This document shows, piece by piece, positions 10,839 through 20,944 of a DNA stretch of 64,000 nucleotides. Source of the stretch: Oceanispirochaeta sp. (lineage in GTDB: Bacteria; Spirochaetota; Spirochaetia; DSM-2461); assembly GCA_963666275.2 (NCBI GenBank), contig CAXXOA010000003.1:64001-128000 (forward strand). The letters are read 5' to 3'. The stretch's first letter is position 1. The number at the start of each line of letters is the position of its first letter. The translations under genes were made by a program, and so were the position numbers. The notes under the pieces are model-generated. The model was given only the letters and a program-made list of their open reading frames with translations, did no database searches and had not been told where the DNA came from.

Positions 10839-10871
10839 AAAACTGGCCTGAATATATTTCAGGCCAGTTTT
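10839..10871. terminator. Strong stem-loop between tctC and tctB (attenuator or mRNA stabiliser)
   Basis: AAAACTGGCCTGAA-TATAT-TTCAGGCCAGTTTT, a perfect 14-bp stem. Confidence 0.7.
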
Positions 10872-10897
10872 CCTGGTAATAGAATAGATATTACTTA

Positions 10898-11887
10898 TTA
10901 TTTACCCTGGAGAGTGTCGCTGATAGCCATCAGTTCTTCTCTCTGTTTGTACCAGTGTGCTTTAGAATCGGCAACAGTCATCCATGTTACAGGCTGATAC
11001 TGTTTGGCAATTTCTGCCTGGTACTGTTCGTTATTGTTAACGATCTCGCCGACAGCGTTGCTGAATTTCTCAACAATGGCGGGATCGGTTCCTTTGGGGA
11101 AAATCATAGTGTTCATATAATCGTAACCGGCTTCGACACCCAGATCTCTAAGAGTTTTTACACCGGGAACAAATTCAGACTCTTTGTCACTGGCCAGACC
11201 GATTACTTTCAGAGTTCCATCGTTCAGATAGCTTTCCACCATACCGTAGTTCAGGGGAACTATATCAGCGTGTCCACCCAGTACTACCTGAAGTCTTTCT
11301 CCGGAACCGCCGGAAGATACAACATTCAGTTTAGCGCCTGCATTCTGCAGTCCGATAGCAATCCACATGGTAGTTGCACCGGTATTGGCTGTCAGTTTTA
11401 CTTCTCCGGGATGAGCTTTTGTATATTCGATAAGTTCCGTTACATTGTTGTAAGGAGCATCTGACAGGGCAACGAGAAGTTCCGGTGATGCTTTGGAGAA
11501 GACACAGCCCACTTCAAAATCCTGAATTCCGTAATTTGCCATTCCTGCTGCTTCAGCAATGCTGAGAGACAGCTGGTGAACTAGAATAGTATATCCGTCA
11601 GCTTTGGCATCTTTTACCTGAGCCGCACCGATGGTTCCACCGCTACCGGGAACATTGGTTACGACAACAGGCTGACCGAGGATTTCGGGCAGGTATTTTG
11701 CAACAGCGCGGGCATTGAAGTCAGAGTTACCTCCGGCAGCATAAGGAACAATCAGATTTATCGCTTTTGTGGGATAATCCATTTCACCATCTGCAGAAGA
11801 TGCCGCATCTTTCTGTCCATTTGCAAAAACAAGTGCCGTACTGGCAACAAGAAGCATCAAAGAAACAAGTAATTTTTTCCTAAACAT
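10898..11887 (-). CDS. tctC: TTT substrate-binding protein TctC
   Basis: Signal peptide; YPTKAINLIVPYAAGGNSD..AR, VTNVPGSGG and ADGYT motifs. Confidence 0.92.
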   Translation of the reverse strand: MFRKKLLVSLMLLVASTALVFANGQKDAASSADGEMDYPTKAINLIVPYAAGGNSDFNARAVAKYLPEILGQPVVVTNVPGSGGTIGAAQVKDAKADGYTILVHQLSLSIAEAAGMANYGIQDFEVGCVFSKASPELLVALSDAPYNNVTELIEYTKAHPGEVKLTANTGATTMWIAIGLQNAGAKLNVVSSGGSGERLQVVLGGHADIVPLNYGMVESYLNDGTLKVIGLASDKESEFVPGVKTLRDLGVEAGYDYMNTMIFPKGTDPAIVEKFSNAVGEIVNNNEQYQAEIAKQYQPVTWMTVADSKAHWYKQREELMAISDTLQGK

Positions 11888-11947
11888 AAAAAACTCCCTT
11901 AATTATTTTTACAGGCTCTTGCTGGAGCCTGTATTACGCATTTGAAA

Positions 11948-13279
11948 TTACCGAACCATACAGGGCCGTTTGTTATCAAACTCCCAGCCGGGAATCAGAT
12001 ACTGCATTCCCGCCGAGTCATCTCTGGCGCCCAGGTTCTCCTTTTTATACAGCTCATGAGCTTTCATGATCTGATCCATATCGATTTCCACACCGAGACC
12101 CGGTTTATCGGGAATAGCAATGTGGCCGTCTCTCATCTGCAGAGGCTCTTTTGTCAACCTTTCCAGACCTTCCTGCCAGATCCAGTGAGTGTCTATAGCA
12201 GTCACACTACCGGGAACTGCTGCAGCTACATGGGTAAACATAGCCAGGGAAATGTCGAAATGGTTGTTGGAGTGGGATCCCCAGGTAAGCCCGAAAGCAT
12301 CACACATCTGTCCGACTCTTACTGAACCGGCCATGGTCCAGAAGTGGGGGTCTGCCAGGGGAATATCTACACTGTTAAGCGCTACAGAATGCTGCATCTG
12401 ACGCCAGTCCGTGGCAATCATGTTGGTTGCCGTAGGCAGACCGGTCGCTTTCCGGAACTCAGCAAGGATCTCTCTTCCGGAAAATCCTTCCTCCGCGCCG
12501 CAGGGGTCTTCGCAGTAGCTCAGTATCCCATGCATGTCTTTGCATAATTCAATGGCTTCTGCCAGCTTCCATCCTCCATTGGGGTCCAGGGTAATTCTGG
12601 CATCAGGGAAGCGTTTTTTCAGTGCTTTTATGGCTTCTATCTCTTCTTTACCTTCGAGCACGCCTCCCTTCAGCTTGAAATCCTTGAACCCGTAAATCTC
12701 ACTGGAAGCTTCCGCCAGTTTGACAATAGCTTCAGGGGTCATCGCCTCTTCATGACGGATCTTGTACCATTCTGTTTTCGAGTCTTTTTCTCTGGCATAG
12801 GGCAGGTCTGTCCTGTCTGGGTCCGCCACATAGAACAGGTAGCCCAGGACTTTGACTGCGTCTCTCTGCATGCCATCTCCCAGAAGGGAGGCAACCGGGA
12901 CATTCAGGTATTTTCCCAGCAGATCCAGAAAGCAGGACTCAATAGCTGTCACCACATGGACGGTGGTTCTCAAGTCAAAGGTCTGGAGGCCTCTTCCTTC
13001 CGCATCTCTGTCCATGAAGTTTTTCTGAACACGGTTCAGAACATTTTTATAATCCCCCAGAGTAGATCCCACTACAATTTCTCTGGCATCCTCCAGAGTC
13101 TGGCGGATCTTTTCTCCTCCGGGAACTTCTCCAATCCCGGTTTCTCCCTTGTCAGTAGTCAGGATGACCACGTTGCGGGTAAAGTAGGGCCCGTGGGCCC
13201 CACTCAAGTTCAGGAGCATACAGTCTCTTCCTGCAACAGGAAAGACTTTCATATCGGCGATTACAGGTGTCGCACTCAT
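11948..13279 (-). CDS. gudD: Glucarate dehydratase
   Basis: [46 protein letters not shown] and HSNNHFD, closely matching GudD. Confidence 0.93.
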   Translation of the reverse strand: MSATPVIADMKVFPVAGRDCMLLNLSGAHGPYFTRNVVILTTDKGETGIGEVPGGEKIRQTLEDAREIVVGSTLGDYKNVLNRVQKNFMDRDAEGRGLQTFDLRTTVHVVTAIESCFLDLLGKYLNVPVASLLGDGMQRDAVKVLGYLFYVADPDRTDLPYAREKDSKTEWYKIRHEEAMTPEAIVKLAEASSEIYGFKDFKLKGGVLEGKEEIEAIKALKKRFPDARITLDPNGGWKLAEAIELCKDMHGILSYCEDPCGAEEGFSGREILAEFRKATGLPTATNMIATDWRQMQHSVALNSVDIPLADPHFWTMAGSVRVGQMCDAFGLTWGSHSNNHFDISLAMFTHVAAAVPGSVTAIDTHWIWQEGLERLTKEPLQMRDGHIAIPDKPGLGVEIDMDQIMKAHELYKKENLGARDDSAGMQYLIPGWEFDNKRPCMVR

Positions 13280-13296
13280 TGAAAACTCCTATGATT

Positions 13297-14190
13297 TTAT
13301 GCTTGTCTTGTAACTTCTATATTGGCTATTTTTTCGTAGAATTTCACAATGCTTGAGTGATCTTCCACGCCGCAGCCATCCTGTTTGATCGCCTGCATCA
13401 TTTCCATAGCCTGTGCTGCCAGGGGAAGGGGAACTCCAACATCTCTGGAAGTTTCCAGTGCATTAGCCATGTCTTTGATGTGAAGATCGATTCTGAATCC
13501 GGGTTTGAAATTTCTGTCCATCATCATGGGGGCTTTTGCATCCATAACGGTACTTCCAGCCAGTCCTCCCCGAATTGCCTGGTAAACCAGATCGGGATCA
13601 ACACCGGCTTTTTTAGCCAGAACCATAGCTTCCGATACAGCGGCAATGTTCAGGGCTACCACTACCTGGTTACAGAGTTTTGTTGTATTTCCCGCACCGA
13701 TGTTTCCAACATAGACGACTGATCCGGCCATGATATCAAGGATATCTTTATACTTTTCGAAAACTTCTTTTTTGTCTCCGCCGACCATAACTGCCAGGGT
13801 TCCGTCAATAGCTTTGGGCTCTCCGCCTGATACGGGAGCATCCAGCATATCCATACCTTTTTCAGCAAGTCCCTTGGCGACTTCCTGAGAAGCTCCGGGG
13901 GCAATGGAACTCATGTCGATCAGGGTTTTTCCGGGGGCAGCTGCTTCAATCAGTCCGTTTTCTCCCAGTGCAACAGTTTTTACATGAGGAGAGTTGGGAA
14001 GCATGGTAATGACCAGGTCAACCTGTTTCAGAACTTCTGCCGGGTTGGATGCTGAAGCTGCTCCTGCACTTTCCAGATCTGCGACTGCTTCTTTATTGAA
14101 GTCTACAACGATAAGTTCATGACCTGCTTTAATCAGGTTTTTGGCCATGGGTCTTCCCATGATCCCCAATCCTATAAATCCGATCTTCAT
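13297..14190 (-). CDS. garR: 2-hydroxy-3-oxopropionate (tartronate semialdehyde) reductase
   Basis: MKIGFIGLGIMGRPM, DAPVSGGEPKA, AIRGGLAGS, FKPGFRIDLHIKD. Confidence 0.93.
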   Translation of the reverse strand: MKIGFIGLGIMGRPMAKNLIKAGHELIVVDFNKEAVADLESAGAASASNPAEVLKQVDLVITMLPNSPHVKTVALGENGLIEAAAPGKTLIDMSSIAPGASQEVAKGLAEKGMDMLDAPVSGGEPKAIDGTLAVMVGGDKKEVFEKYKDILDIMAGSVVYVGNIGAGNTTKLCNQVVVALNIAAVSEAMVLAKKAGVDPDLVYQAIRGGLAGSTVMDAKAPMMMDRNFKPGFRIDLHIKDMANALETSRDVGVPLPLAAQAMEMMQAIKQDGCGVEDHSSIVKFYEKIANIEVTRQA

Positions 14191-14245
14191 AATAAATCCT
14201 ACCTCTATAATATTATTTTGTTTGTCTATTCTTAATACTGGGTTT

Positions 14246-15145
14246 TCAGTCCAGCATTCCCATCTGTTTAAGAACGCCTCTGGCTTTCTCAACAGTTTCA
14301 TCGCTTACATAAGACACCGGCCTGACCGGTTTGCCCGCTTTAACACCCAGGATATTGAGCATCACTTTCATCATGACCGGGAAAGTTCCCATTCCATAGG
14401 CATCTCTCAGGGGCATCAGAGCCTTCTGGGCATTCAGGGCACCAAGATGATCGCCCCGGGAGTAGTGATCGTAAATATCCACTACCAGACGAGGGGCCAC
14501 ATTGGCTGTTCCCGCAACACTTCCTGCGCCTCCATGGCAGAGGGTCGCATAGATGTAGTAGTCAATCCCGCCGAAGACGCCGAAATCTTCCCTGTGGGAG
14601 GTGGCTTCGATGTATTTCAGGGTTTGGCTAAAGTCCATGGAGGTGTTTTTAATTCCTACTATGTTGTCAATTTCCGCTAGTTTCCCCAGCAGGCCCGGGC
14701 TGATGTTGTTATTGGTTTTGCCCGGATTGTTGTAGAGCAGAACCGGGAGATTACAGCTTTTTGCCACTGTGGCAAAATGGTTGTACAACTCATCTTCTGT
14801 GGGTGTGATAAACATAGGCGTCAGTACTGTCAGGGCATCTGCGCCGGCTTTTTCTGCCATCTCGGCTAACTTTATGCTTTCTTTGGTGGTTATCGCCGAA
14901 GCGCCCGCATAAACGGGAACTTTTTTATTCACCTCTTCGACTGTTGTTTCTACTGTCTTTTTCTGGTTTTCAAAATCAAACGCGTAAAACTCTCCGTTAC
15001 TGGCATTGGCCAGAACTCCGTGCACTCCGCCATCCAGTACGTGCTGAATGACCTCTTTCAATCCTTCCGGATCCACATTTTCATGTTCATCAACGGTGGT
15101 TACAATGGGAGGAATGATTCCATTCAAGGCAACATCATATTTCAA
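14246..15145 (-). CDS. DHDPS/NAL-family lyase, probable 5-keto-4-deoxyglucarate aldolase
   Basis: GIIPPIVT, SNGEF, LYNNP, Schiff-base Lys in IVGIKNT; first gene of the gar/gud cluster. Start uncertain (TTG at 15145 after AGGAG). Confidence 0.8.
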   Translation of the reverse strand: MKYDVALNGIIPPIVTTVDEHENVDPEGLKEVIQHVLDGGVHGVLANASNGEFYAFDFENQKKTVETTVEEVNKKVPVYAGASAITTKESIKLAEMAEKAGADALTVLTPMFITPTEDELYNHFATVAKSCNLPVLLYNNPGKTNNNISPGLLGKLAEIDNIVGIKNTSMDFSQTLKYIEATSHREDFGVFGGIDYYIYATLCHGGAGSVAGTANVAPRLVVDIYDHYSRGDHLGALNAQKALMPLRDAYGMGTFPVMMKVMLNILGVKAGKPVRPVSYVSDETVEKARGVLKQMGMLD

Positions 15146-15302
15146 TTTGGTTGTTCTCCTGTCCAAATATTTACGACTTAATACAATTTAAAGCAGATAA
15201 AAATAGATGCTCCTTTCAGAGCTTTTTATCTTCAATCTATAATTATTTAACCATCTGTTTTACCAGAGCGATATGGTTCAAGGATATTAAAAGAATAGAA
15301 TT

Positions 15303-15323
15303 TTTTGTGCAAACTGCACAAAA
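15303..15323. promoter_or_regulatory. Palindromic candidate CdaR operator
   Basis: TTTTGTGCA-AAC-TGCACAAAA upstream of the sugar-diacid operon. Confidence 0.65.
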
Positions 15324-15537
15324 GCCAGAGATAGATATCCTGTTCATGCCTTTATCTCTGCTTCTGTCAGAGAATCTGGGAGATTCCTGCATTACCCGTA
15401 TTCATCCCGGTTCATAAGCTTTCGGGGGAATACAGGACGAGATGGGATTATAGTGAGTGATTATGCTACGGTAGAGAAAGCCGGGGATTTATACAGAAAG
15501 GATCCTATAGTTCATTTATAGCAATTGTTATGACGGT

Positions 15538-16683
15538 TCAGTACTTCTCCAGATAATGGGCCAGTTCATTCAGAAGCTCCCTGTCCGAGCCAATCACAAG
15601 GGGGTCAATATTCAGAGTGCTTTTTAGTTTGTTCAGCCTGAAAGTGATGGTATTTCTGTGAACGTGCAGATCTTTACTGGTGTTGACCAGATTGTAGTTG
15701 TTCGCATCCAGAGCTTTAATGGTCTCTACCATAACCTGCTTTTCCTCATTCTGGAACAGGGCATGGAAAGCTGAGAAGATGTCGTTATAGAGTTTCATAG
15801 TAACTGAGTTACGGATATAGTCCTGTATGTGATCCAGGAAAAAAACTACCTTACTGATTTTCCCCAGTATGGGATGGAGGGCTATCTGCTGGGCATGGTG
15901 ATAGGAGGTCCGGAACATATCCAGCTGTGTCTGCAGACTGCCCACATAATACTTCAGATCGTTTTCTCCCAGGTCTATGGGAAGTCTCTCTTCCATATCC
16001 CATATATACTGAAAAATCTGATCTTTATAGTTTCTTATCCCGTCATTTATGTTTTCATTCAGGTTCTTCAGAATAATGATGTCATCATTACGGCCTTTTA
16101 ATGCAATCCCTTTCCGGTAGGTTTCATTTCCTGAAGCTATGGTTCTTAAAACCATATCCCGGTCTATACGGGTAGAACAGCGGACAATAATCATTGTAAT
16201 CAGTTTGGAACACTCAATATTGTACTGTTCGTAAAGCCTGGTCGCTTCTTCCAGGTTGTAATCTTCTTCAAAAAGGATGTAATGGAGGAATTTCTCTGCA
16301 CTGCCCAGGGCCCGCTGATTCTTTGCCATCTTTATTTCATAGGAGAGCATGGTTTCCATGGAAGTCTTTACAAATCCTGCAAAACTCTGAACATTTTCCG
16401 GTTCACCTGTCACACAGATCACTCCGATATGCTTCTCTTTATAATCAATGAACATATTGATACCCGGTTTTGTACCTATGTAATTATCGTCTTTTGTTAC
16501 AACACCGGACTCCCTTTTGCCGGATAGCATGGCATAGGCCACTTCGTGAAAATCTCCAATCCGTGAGCTGTCTTTGCTGGCGATAATAATACCTTCATGA
16601 TTCATGATATTTACATTGTAGGGAAGGTTTTTAACTGTCTTCTGGATAAACTGCTGGGCAAATTCAGGTGTCAGTATTGCCAT
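15538..16683 (-). CDS. cdaR: CdaR-family sugar diacid regulator
   Basis: Diacid_rec N-terminus (NVNIM..GIIIAS.D.SRIGDFHEVA, KPGINM) and C-terminal PucR-type HTH LHVHRNTITFRL. Confidence 0.9.
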   Translation of the reverse strand: MAILTPEFAQQFIQKTVKNLPYNVNIMNHEGIIIASKDSSRIGDFHEVAYAMLSGKRESGVVTKDDNYIGTKPGINMFIDYKEKHIGVICVTGEPENVQSFAGFVKTSMETMLSYEIKMAKNQRALGSAEKFLHYILFEEDYNLEEATRLYEQYNIECSKLITMIIVRCSTRIDRDMVLRTIASGNETYRKGIALKGRNDDIIILKNLNENINDGIRNYKDQIFQYIWDMEERLPIDLGENDLKYYVGSLQTQLDMFRTSYHHAQQIALHPILGKISKVVFFLDHIQDYIRNSVTMKLYNDIFSAFHALFQNEEKQVMVETIKALDANNYNLVNTSKDLHVHRNTITFRLNKLKSTLNIDPLVIGSDRELLNELAHYLEKY

Positions 16684-16836
16684 GAATACTCCTTTACTGG
16701 ACTTTAAAACTAGCACTTCCGCCTCTTAGCTGTCAAACCTGTCTGTCCTTTTCTACATCATTTCAATATTTTCCAAAATAGGAGAAAAGCGATAAAACTA
16801 GTTGAAATTAACACTAGTTAGTATTATGTTTCAGGT

Positions 16837-17283
16837 ATGAGTAAAATATCCTATGGAAAGGACCAGGATCTGGATCTGAAGCTTGTCATCGCTTTGACCC
16901 GGAGTGTCCAGCATGTAAGAAAAAATGAATCCCCCCTGTTTCAGCAGTACGGTCTGACCATATCCCAGTTCGGTGTCATGGAAATCCTCTATCATAAAGG
17001 AGATCTGAGGGTCTGTGAGATCATCGAAAAAGCCCTCTCCACCGGAGGGAATATGACAGTGGTGATACAGAATCTTGTCAAAGAGGGATGGATCACCAGG
17101 CAGAGAGATCCTGCAGACGGGCGGGCCTGGATTATTCACCTGTCTGAAAAAGGGCATGATCTGATGGGAAGGATGTTCCCGGAGCACGCGGACAATATCA
17201 GCCGGATTATGGGAAACCTGGAGGGGCAGGAAAAGGAGGTGCTCCTGGGACTGCTGAAAAAGCTGACGGGAAAAGAGTCCTGA
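16837..17283 (+). CDS. MarR-family regulator (MhqR-like)
   Basis: GLTISQFGVMEILYHKG, GNMTVVIQNL, DPADGR..IHLSEKG. Confidence 0.88.
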   Translation: MSKISYGKDQDLDLKLVIALTRSVQHVRKNESPLFQQYGLTISQFGVMEILYHKGDLRVCEIIEKALSTGGNMTVVIQNLVKEGWITRQRDPADGRAWIIHLSEKGHDLMGRMFPEHADNISRIMGNLEGQEKEVLLGLLKKLTGKES

Positions 17284-17434
17284 AAGCAAGTTAATACCTG
17301 TATGTATTTTATATCTACGTAAGAATGACTTTTTTTATCAATCAGAGGAGTTTTTACACTCATCATCTTCTGTTCGGGAGATCTTCCTATTATAATGAGG
17401 GACAATATCAATAAAAATCTCAGGAGGTTTTTCA

Positions 17435-18703
17435 ATGCTGCCCTCAGTCAATCCGCTGGTTCTGAATCTCAAGGAATCGGCAACTCTCCTTATCAATAAT
17501 GCTATTAAAGAATTAAGAGCCCAGGGAAAGGATGTTTCCCATTTCGGTTTCGGACAGGCCGCCTTTCCTGTGCCGGAGCTTCTTGTGAACGCCCTGAGGG
17601 AGGCCGCCGAGGAAAACTCCTACCTTCCCACCCAGGGGCTGCCGGCGCTGAGGGAGGCGGTCTGCGGCTTTCTCAAAGATGAGTTTTCCCTGGAGTACCG
17701 CGCGGATGATGTGTTTATCGGTCCGGGGAGCAAGGAGCTGATTTTTCAGATCAGCTATATGATCGAAGGGGTCCTTCTGGCGCCGGCCCCCAGCTGGGTC
17801 AGTTACGGACCTCAGGCCACCCTGAGGGGGAAGAAACTGGTGCCTATCGAAACCCAGCGGGAAAATGCCTATAAACTGACCCCCCGGGAGCTGGACAGGG
17901 CCTGTCATCAGCTGGCTCAGGAACAGAAACTCCTGATCCTGAATAACCCCAACAATCCAACCGGAGCGGTCTATTCTGAAGAGGAGCTCAAGGAGCTGGC
18001 TGACATCTGCCGGGCCTATAATGTTCTTGTCATTTCCGATGAGATCTACGCCATGATTGATTTTACTGGAAACCCTCATGCCAGCATTGCCCGGTACTAC
18101 CCGGAAGGAACCATCATTTCCACGGGACTTTCCAAAGCTTTTGCCGCCGGAGGATACCGCATCGGCGCTATGATCATTCCTCCCTCTCTGGATGTCCTGA
18201 AGGGAGCCCTGAAGTCCATTATCAGTGAAACCTTCAGCGCCGTGAGTGCGCCCATTCAGTATGCGGCCCTGCAGGCCTATGAAAAATTTGATCAGATAAA
18301 ACCGGAAATACAAAAAAATACGGAGATCTATCAGTACGCTTCGCGCTATTTATGGTCCCGGTTCCTTGAAATGGGACTGAACTGTCCCAAGCCCCAGGGA
18401 GCCTTCTACCTCTTTCCTGATTTTGAGCCTTTCAGGGAGAAACTCCGGGCAAAGGGAATCCTTACGGGCATTCAGCTGGCCGATGATCTACTGAAAACGA
18501 AGGGTGTGGCTTTTCTGCCGGGATCGGATTTCTATTTCCCCGCCACCAATCTGGGTGTCCGGGTGGCTTCTGTGGATTTTAACGGAAAGATGGTCAGGGA
18601 CAGCTGGCCCGGAGGCAAACTGACAGATGAGCAGCTGAAAGAGTTTTTCCCCAACCTTGTGAAAGGATGCGACAGGCTCCAGTCGTATCTGGAAGAAATA
18701 TAA
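17435..18703 (+). CDS. PLP-dependent class I/II aminotransferase (aspartate aminotransferase-like)
   Basis: NNPNNPTG, SDEIY, GLSKAF..GYRIG, PQGAFY; AGGAGG RBS. Confidence 0.9.
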   Translation: MLPSVNPLVLNLKESATLLINNAIKELRAQGKDVSHFGFGQAAFPVPELLVNALREAAEENSYLPTQGLPALREAVCGFLKDEFSLEYRADDVFIGPGSKELIFQISYMIEGVLLAPAPSWVSYGPQATLRGKKLVPIETQRENAYKLTPRELDRACHQLAQEQKLLILNNPNNPTGAVYSEEELKELADICRAYNVLVISDEIYAMIDFTGNPHASIARYYPEGTIISTGLSKAFAAGGYRIGAMIIPPSLDVLKGALKSIISETFSAVSAPIQYAALQAYEKFDQIKPEIQKNTEIYQYASRYLWSRFLEMGLNCPKPQGAFYLFPDFEPFREKLRAKGILTGIQLADDLLKTKGVAFLPGSDFYFPATNLGVRVASVDFNGKMVRDSWPGGKLTDEQLKEFFPNLVKGCDRLQSYLEEI

Positions 18704-18723
18704 AAAAAAGCCCCGGAGCCGAA
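18703..18723. repeat. 21-bp direct repeat, copy 1 (copy 2 at 20877-20897)
   Basis: AAAAAAAGCCCCGGAGCCGAA is identical on both sides of the MCP gene. Confidence 0.8.
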
Positions 18724-18733
18724 TTTCCCTATC

Positions 18734-18764
18734 CCCGAAACAGTCAAGTTTCGGGTTTTTTTTT
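18734..18764 (+). terminator. Intrinsic terminator after the aminotransferase
   Basis: CCCGAAAC-AGTCAA-GTTTCGGG followed by T9. Confidence 0.75.
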
Positions 18765-18865
18765 CTTATTAGGCCATTATTGATGACTGTCCTAGTATTT
18801 ATTATATATAATGTAAGATATTACAAAATGTAAGATTTTATAAAGAGTGTAAAAACGGGGAGTCA

Positions 18866-20863
18866 ATGAAATTTTCAGATTTATCAATTGCCATCAGACT
18901 AATAGGAGGGTTTCTAATCTTAGCTTTTCTGGTCGCTTGCGCATCAGTTACAGGAATTGTGGTCTCCAGGCGGCTGGATACAGAGCTTGATATCGTTTTA
19001 CATGAAAAAATGCCTTTTAAAGATATCAGTATGGAAGCTATTATTTCAGCTTTGCTCACAAGAGATGCTGCTGCAGAGTATCAGTTGAATACAGAGAATC
19101 TGGACTCTATAGAGAGTGATGTTCTCGAATATGAAAAGGATTTTTATATGTGGACCGACCTGATCCTTTTCGGGTCTGAAAGTGAGCAGTTCAGAAACAG
19201 TGACTCCGGAGTTATGTATAAGCGGGATCAGATGACATTAAACAATCCTGCTGGTACTGCGGAAATGCAGCAGATAGCAAACCAGGCTCAGCTACATCAT
19301 CGGGCTATGATTGAGGCGGTGGGTGAAATGATGAGTGCTCACAGGGAGAAGCTGAAGTATGATATCTCTGTTGCGGGAAAGTATTATGATATCGGAAACT
19401 GGATCATGCAGAAAGAAATCGATCATCTTCGCTGGGTGGATGAACTTTCATCGGCTATTGCGGAAGGTAAGGAGTTCAACGCAGAGCTGGATCCTCAGAA
19501 ATGTTCATTCGGTCAATGGTACTACTCCTATTCCGTTGATGATCCCGAGTTGATGAGACTGCTAAGCAAAGCAGAAGAGCCTCATATGGAGCTGCATCGT
19601 CTGGGAAGCCGGATCAATTCAGATTTCAATCGTATAAACAGAGACAGAATCTATGCAGATCAGGTCGTCCCTGTCATCAGTGAAATCAAAACTGTTTTCC
19701 GGGATTTCAGGAATTATGTAAATCCGATTATTCAAGAGTTTGCTCTGTTAGAAGCCAGTTTGATGGAACAGGTAGATGAAGAGTCTGAGTTCCTGATCAG
19801 TGCCCTGGATGCATTGGAAGTCCTTACGGATTCTGAAATGAATAAGGCTATGGAGATTGCTGACCGGGTCAGTATTTCAGGAATAAGACTTCTGACTCTG
19901 ATTGGGGGACTTTGTGTTCTTCTGGCAGTCCTTCTGGGACTGTTCCTGTCCCGGGGGATCATCCATCCTCTCAGATCACAGGTCAACTATGCCAGGGAAA
20001 TCGCCCGGGGAAATCTATCTGCGGAAAACCCAATAGAACAGAGGGATGAAATTGGACAGGTTGCTGATTCTCTTAAAAGTATGGGGCTTCGTCTGACAGC
20101 TATTATTCAGGAAATACTCAAGGGAGCGGATAATGTTTCAGCAGGGAGTAGCCAATTGAGCGAAACATCCCAGATTCTTTCCCAGGGGGCTGCCGAGCAG
20201 GCTTCCTCTGCTGAAGAAATCTCTTCCTCTCTGGAACAGATGAATGCCAGTATTGATCAGAATGTCCAGGTATCGGATGAGACAATGACCCTTTCTGGAG
20301 AAGCATCGGATATGATCGAAAGAAGCGGAATCGCTGTAGATGAAACTGTTCAGGCCATGAAAACGATAGTTGATAAGATTTCCATTATCGACGAAATCGC
20401 CCGGCAGACCAATATGCTGTCTCTTAATGCGGCCATTGAAGCAGCAAGGGCCGGTGATTCGGGAAGGGGATTTGCCGTGGTGGCTTCAGAGGTGAGAAAA
20501 TTGGCTGTCAGAAGTACCGAAGCGGCAGATGAGATTTCCAGGCTGTCACAAAACAGCATTAATCTGGCAGATAACACAGGGCGTCTTATGCAGGAAGCAG
20601 TTCCGAAAATCCGAAAGACGAATCAGATGATCCAGGAAATAGCTGCTACGGGAAGTGAACAAAGAAGTGGAGCAGAACAGATCCTCAGAGCGGTGAATCA
20701 ACTTGATATGGTTATTCAGCAGAATGCCTCATCTTCTGAAGAATCGGCTTCCATGTCGGAAGAGCTTTCCGCTCAGGCTGAAAACCTGAAGAAACAACTA
20801 TCTTTTTTTACTGTTAAAGAGTCAAAAAGTCTTTTACTTGATAACCCGGGTTCAGGCTTTTAA
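18866..20863 (+). CDS. Methyl-accepting chemotaxis protein with a CZB zinc-binding domain between TM1 and TM2
   Basis: TM1; CZB motifs (DHLRW, CSFGQWY, PHMELH); TM2; HAMP (RDEIG); signalling tip [25 protein letters not shown]. Confidence 0.92.
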   Translation: MKFSDLSIAIRLIGGFLILAFLVACASVTGIVVSRRLDTELDIVLHEKMPFKDISMEAIISALLTRDAAAEYQLNTENLDSIESDVLEYEKDFYMWTDLILFGSESEQFRNSDSGVMYKRDQMTLNNPAGTAEMQQIANQAQLHHRAMIEAVGEMMSAHREKLKYDISVAGKYYDIGNWIMQKEIDHLRWVDELSSAIAEGKEFNAELDPQKCSFGQWYYSYSVDDPELMRLLSKAEEPHMELHRLGSRINSDFNRINRDRIYADQVVPVISEIKTVFRDFRNYVNPIIQEFALLEASLMEQVDEESEFLISALDALEVLTDSEMNKAMEIADRVSISGIRLLTLIGGLCVLLAVLLGLFLSRGIIHPLRSQVNYAREIARGNLSAENPIEQRDEIGQVADSLKSMGLRLTAIIQEILKGADNVSAGSSQLSETSQILSQGAAEQASSAEEISSSLEQMNASIDQNVQVSDETMTLSGEASDMIERSGIAVDETVQAMKTIVDKISIIDEIARQTNMLSLNAAIEAARAGDSGRGFAVVASEVRKLAVRSTEAADEISRLSQNSINLADNTGRLMQEAVPKIRKTNQMIQEIAATGSEQRSGAEQILRAVNQLDMVIQQNASSSEESASMSEELSAQAENLKKQLSFFTVKESKSLLLDNPGSGF

Positions 20864-20876
20864 GAAATTATTAAAC

Positions 20877-20938
20877 AAAAAAAGCCCCGGAGCCGAACTG
20901 TTTTTGGGATGGGAAGATCCGGCTCCGGGGCAGAAAAA
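20877..20938. terminator. Bidirectional terminator / repeat copy 2
   Basis: A7-GCCCCGGAGCCG...CGGCTCCGGGGC between convergent genes. Confidence 0.75.
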
Positions 20939-20944
20939 ACAACA

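Noticed and set aside
14246..15145. Annotation as lysine-pathway dapA
   Set aside because: Lacks GTTGE and is embedded in a sugar-diacid catabolic cluster.
16796..16819. Two ACTAGTT motifs upstream of marR
   Set aside because: A plausible autoregulatory site, but too short to support alone.
17284..17434. Possible riboswitch or small ORF before the aminotransferase (stray GAGGAG near 17345)
   Set aside because: No start codon after the RBS-like motif and no recognisable aptamer consensus.
18703..20897. Repeats as CRISPR or IS ends
   Set aside because: Only two copies 2.2 kb apart, with no spacer array, cas genes or transposase.
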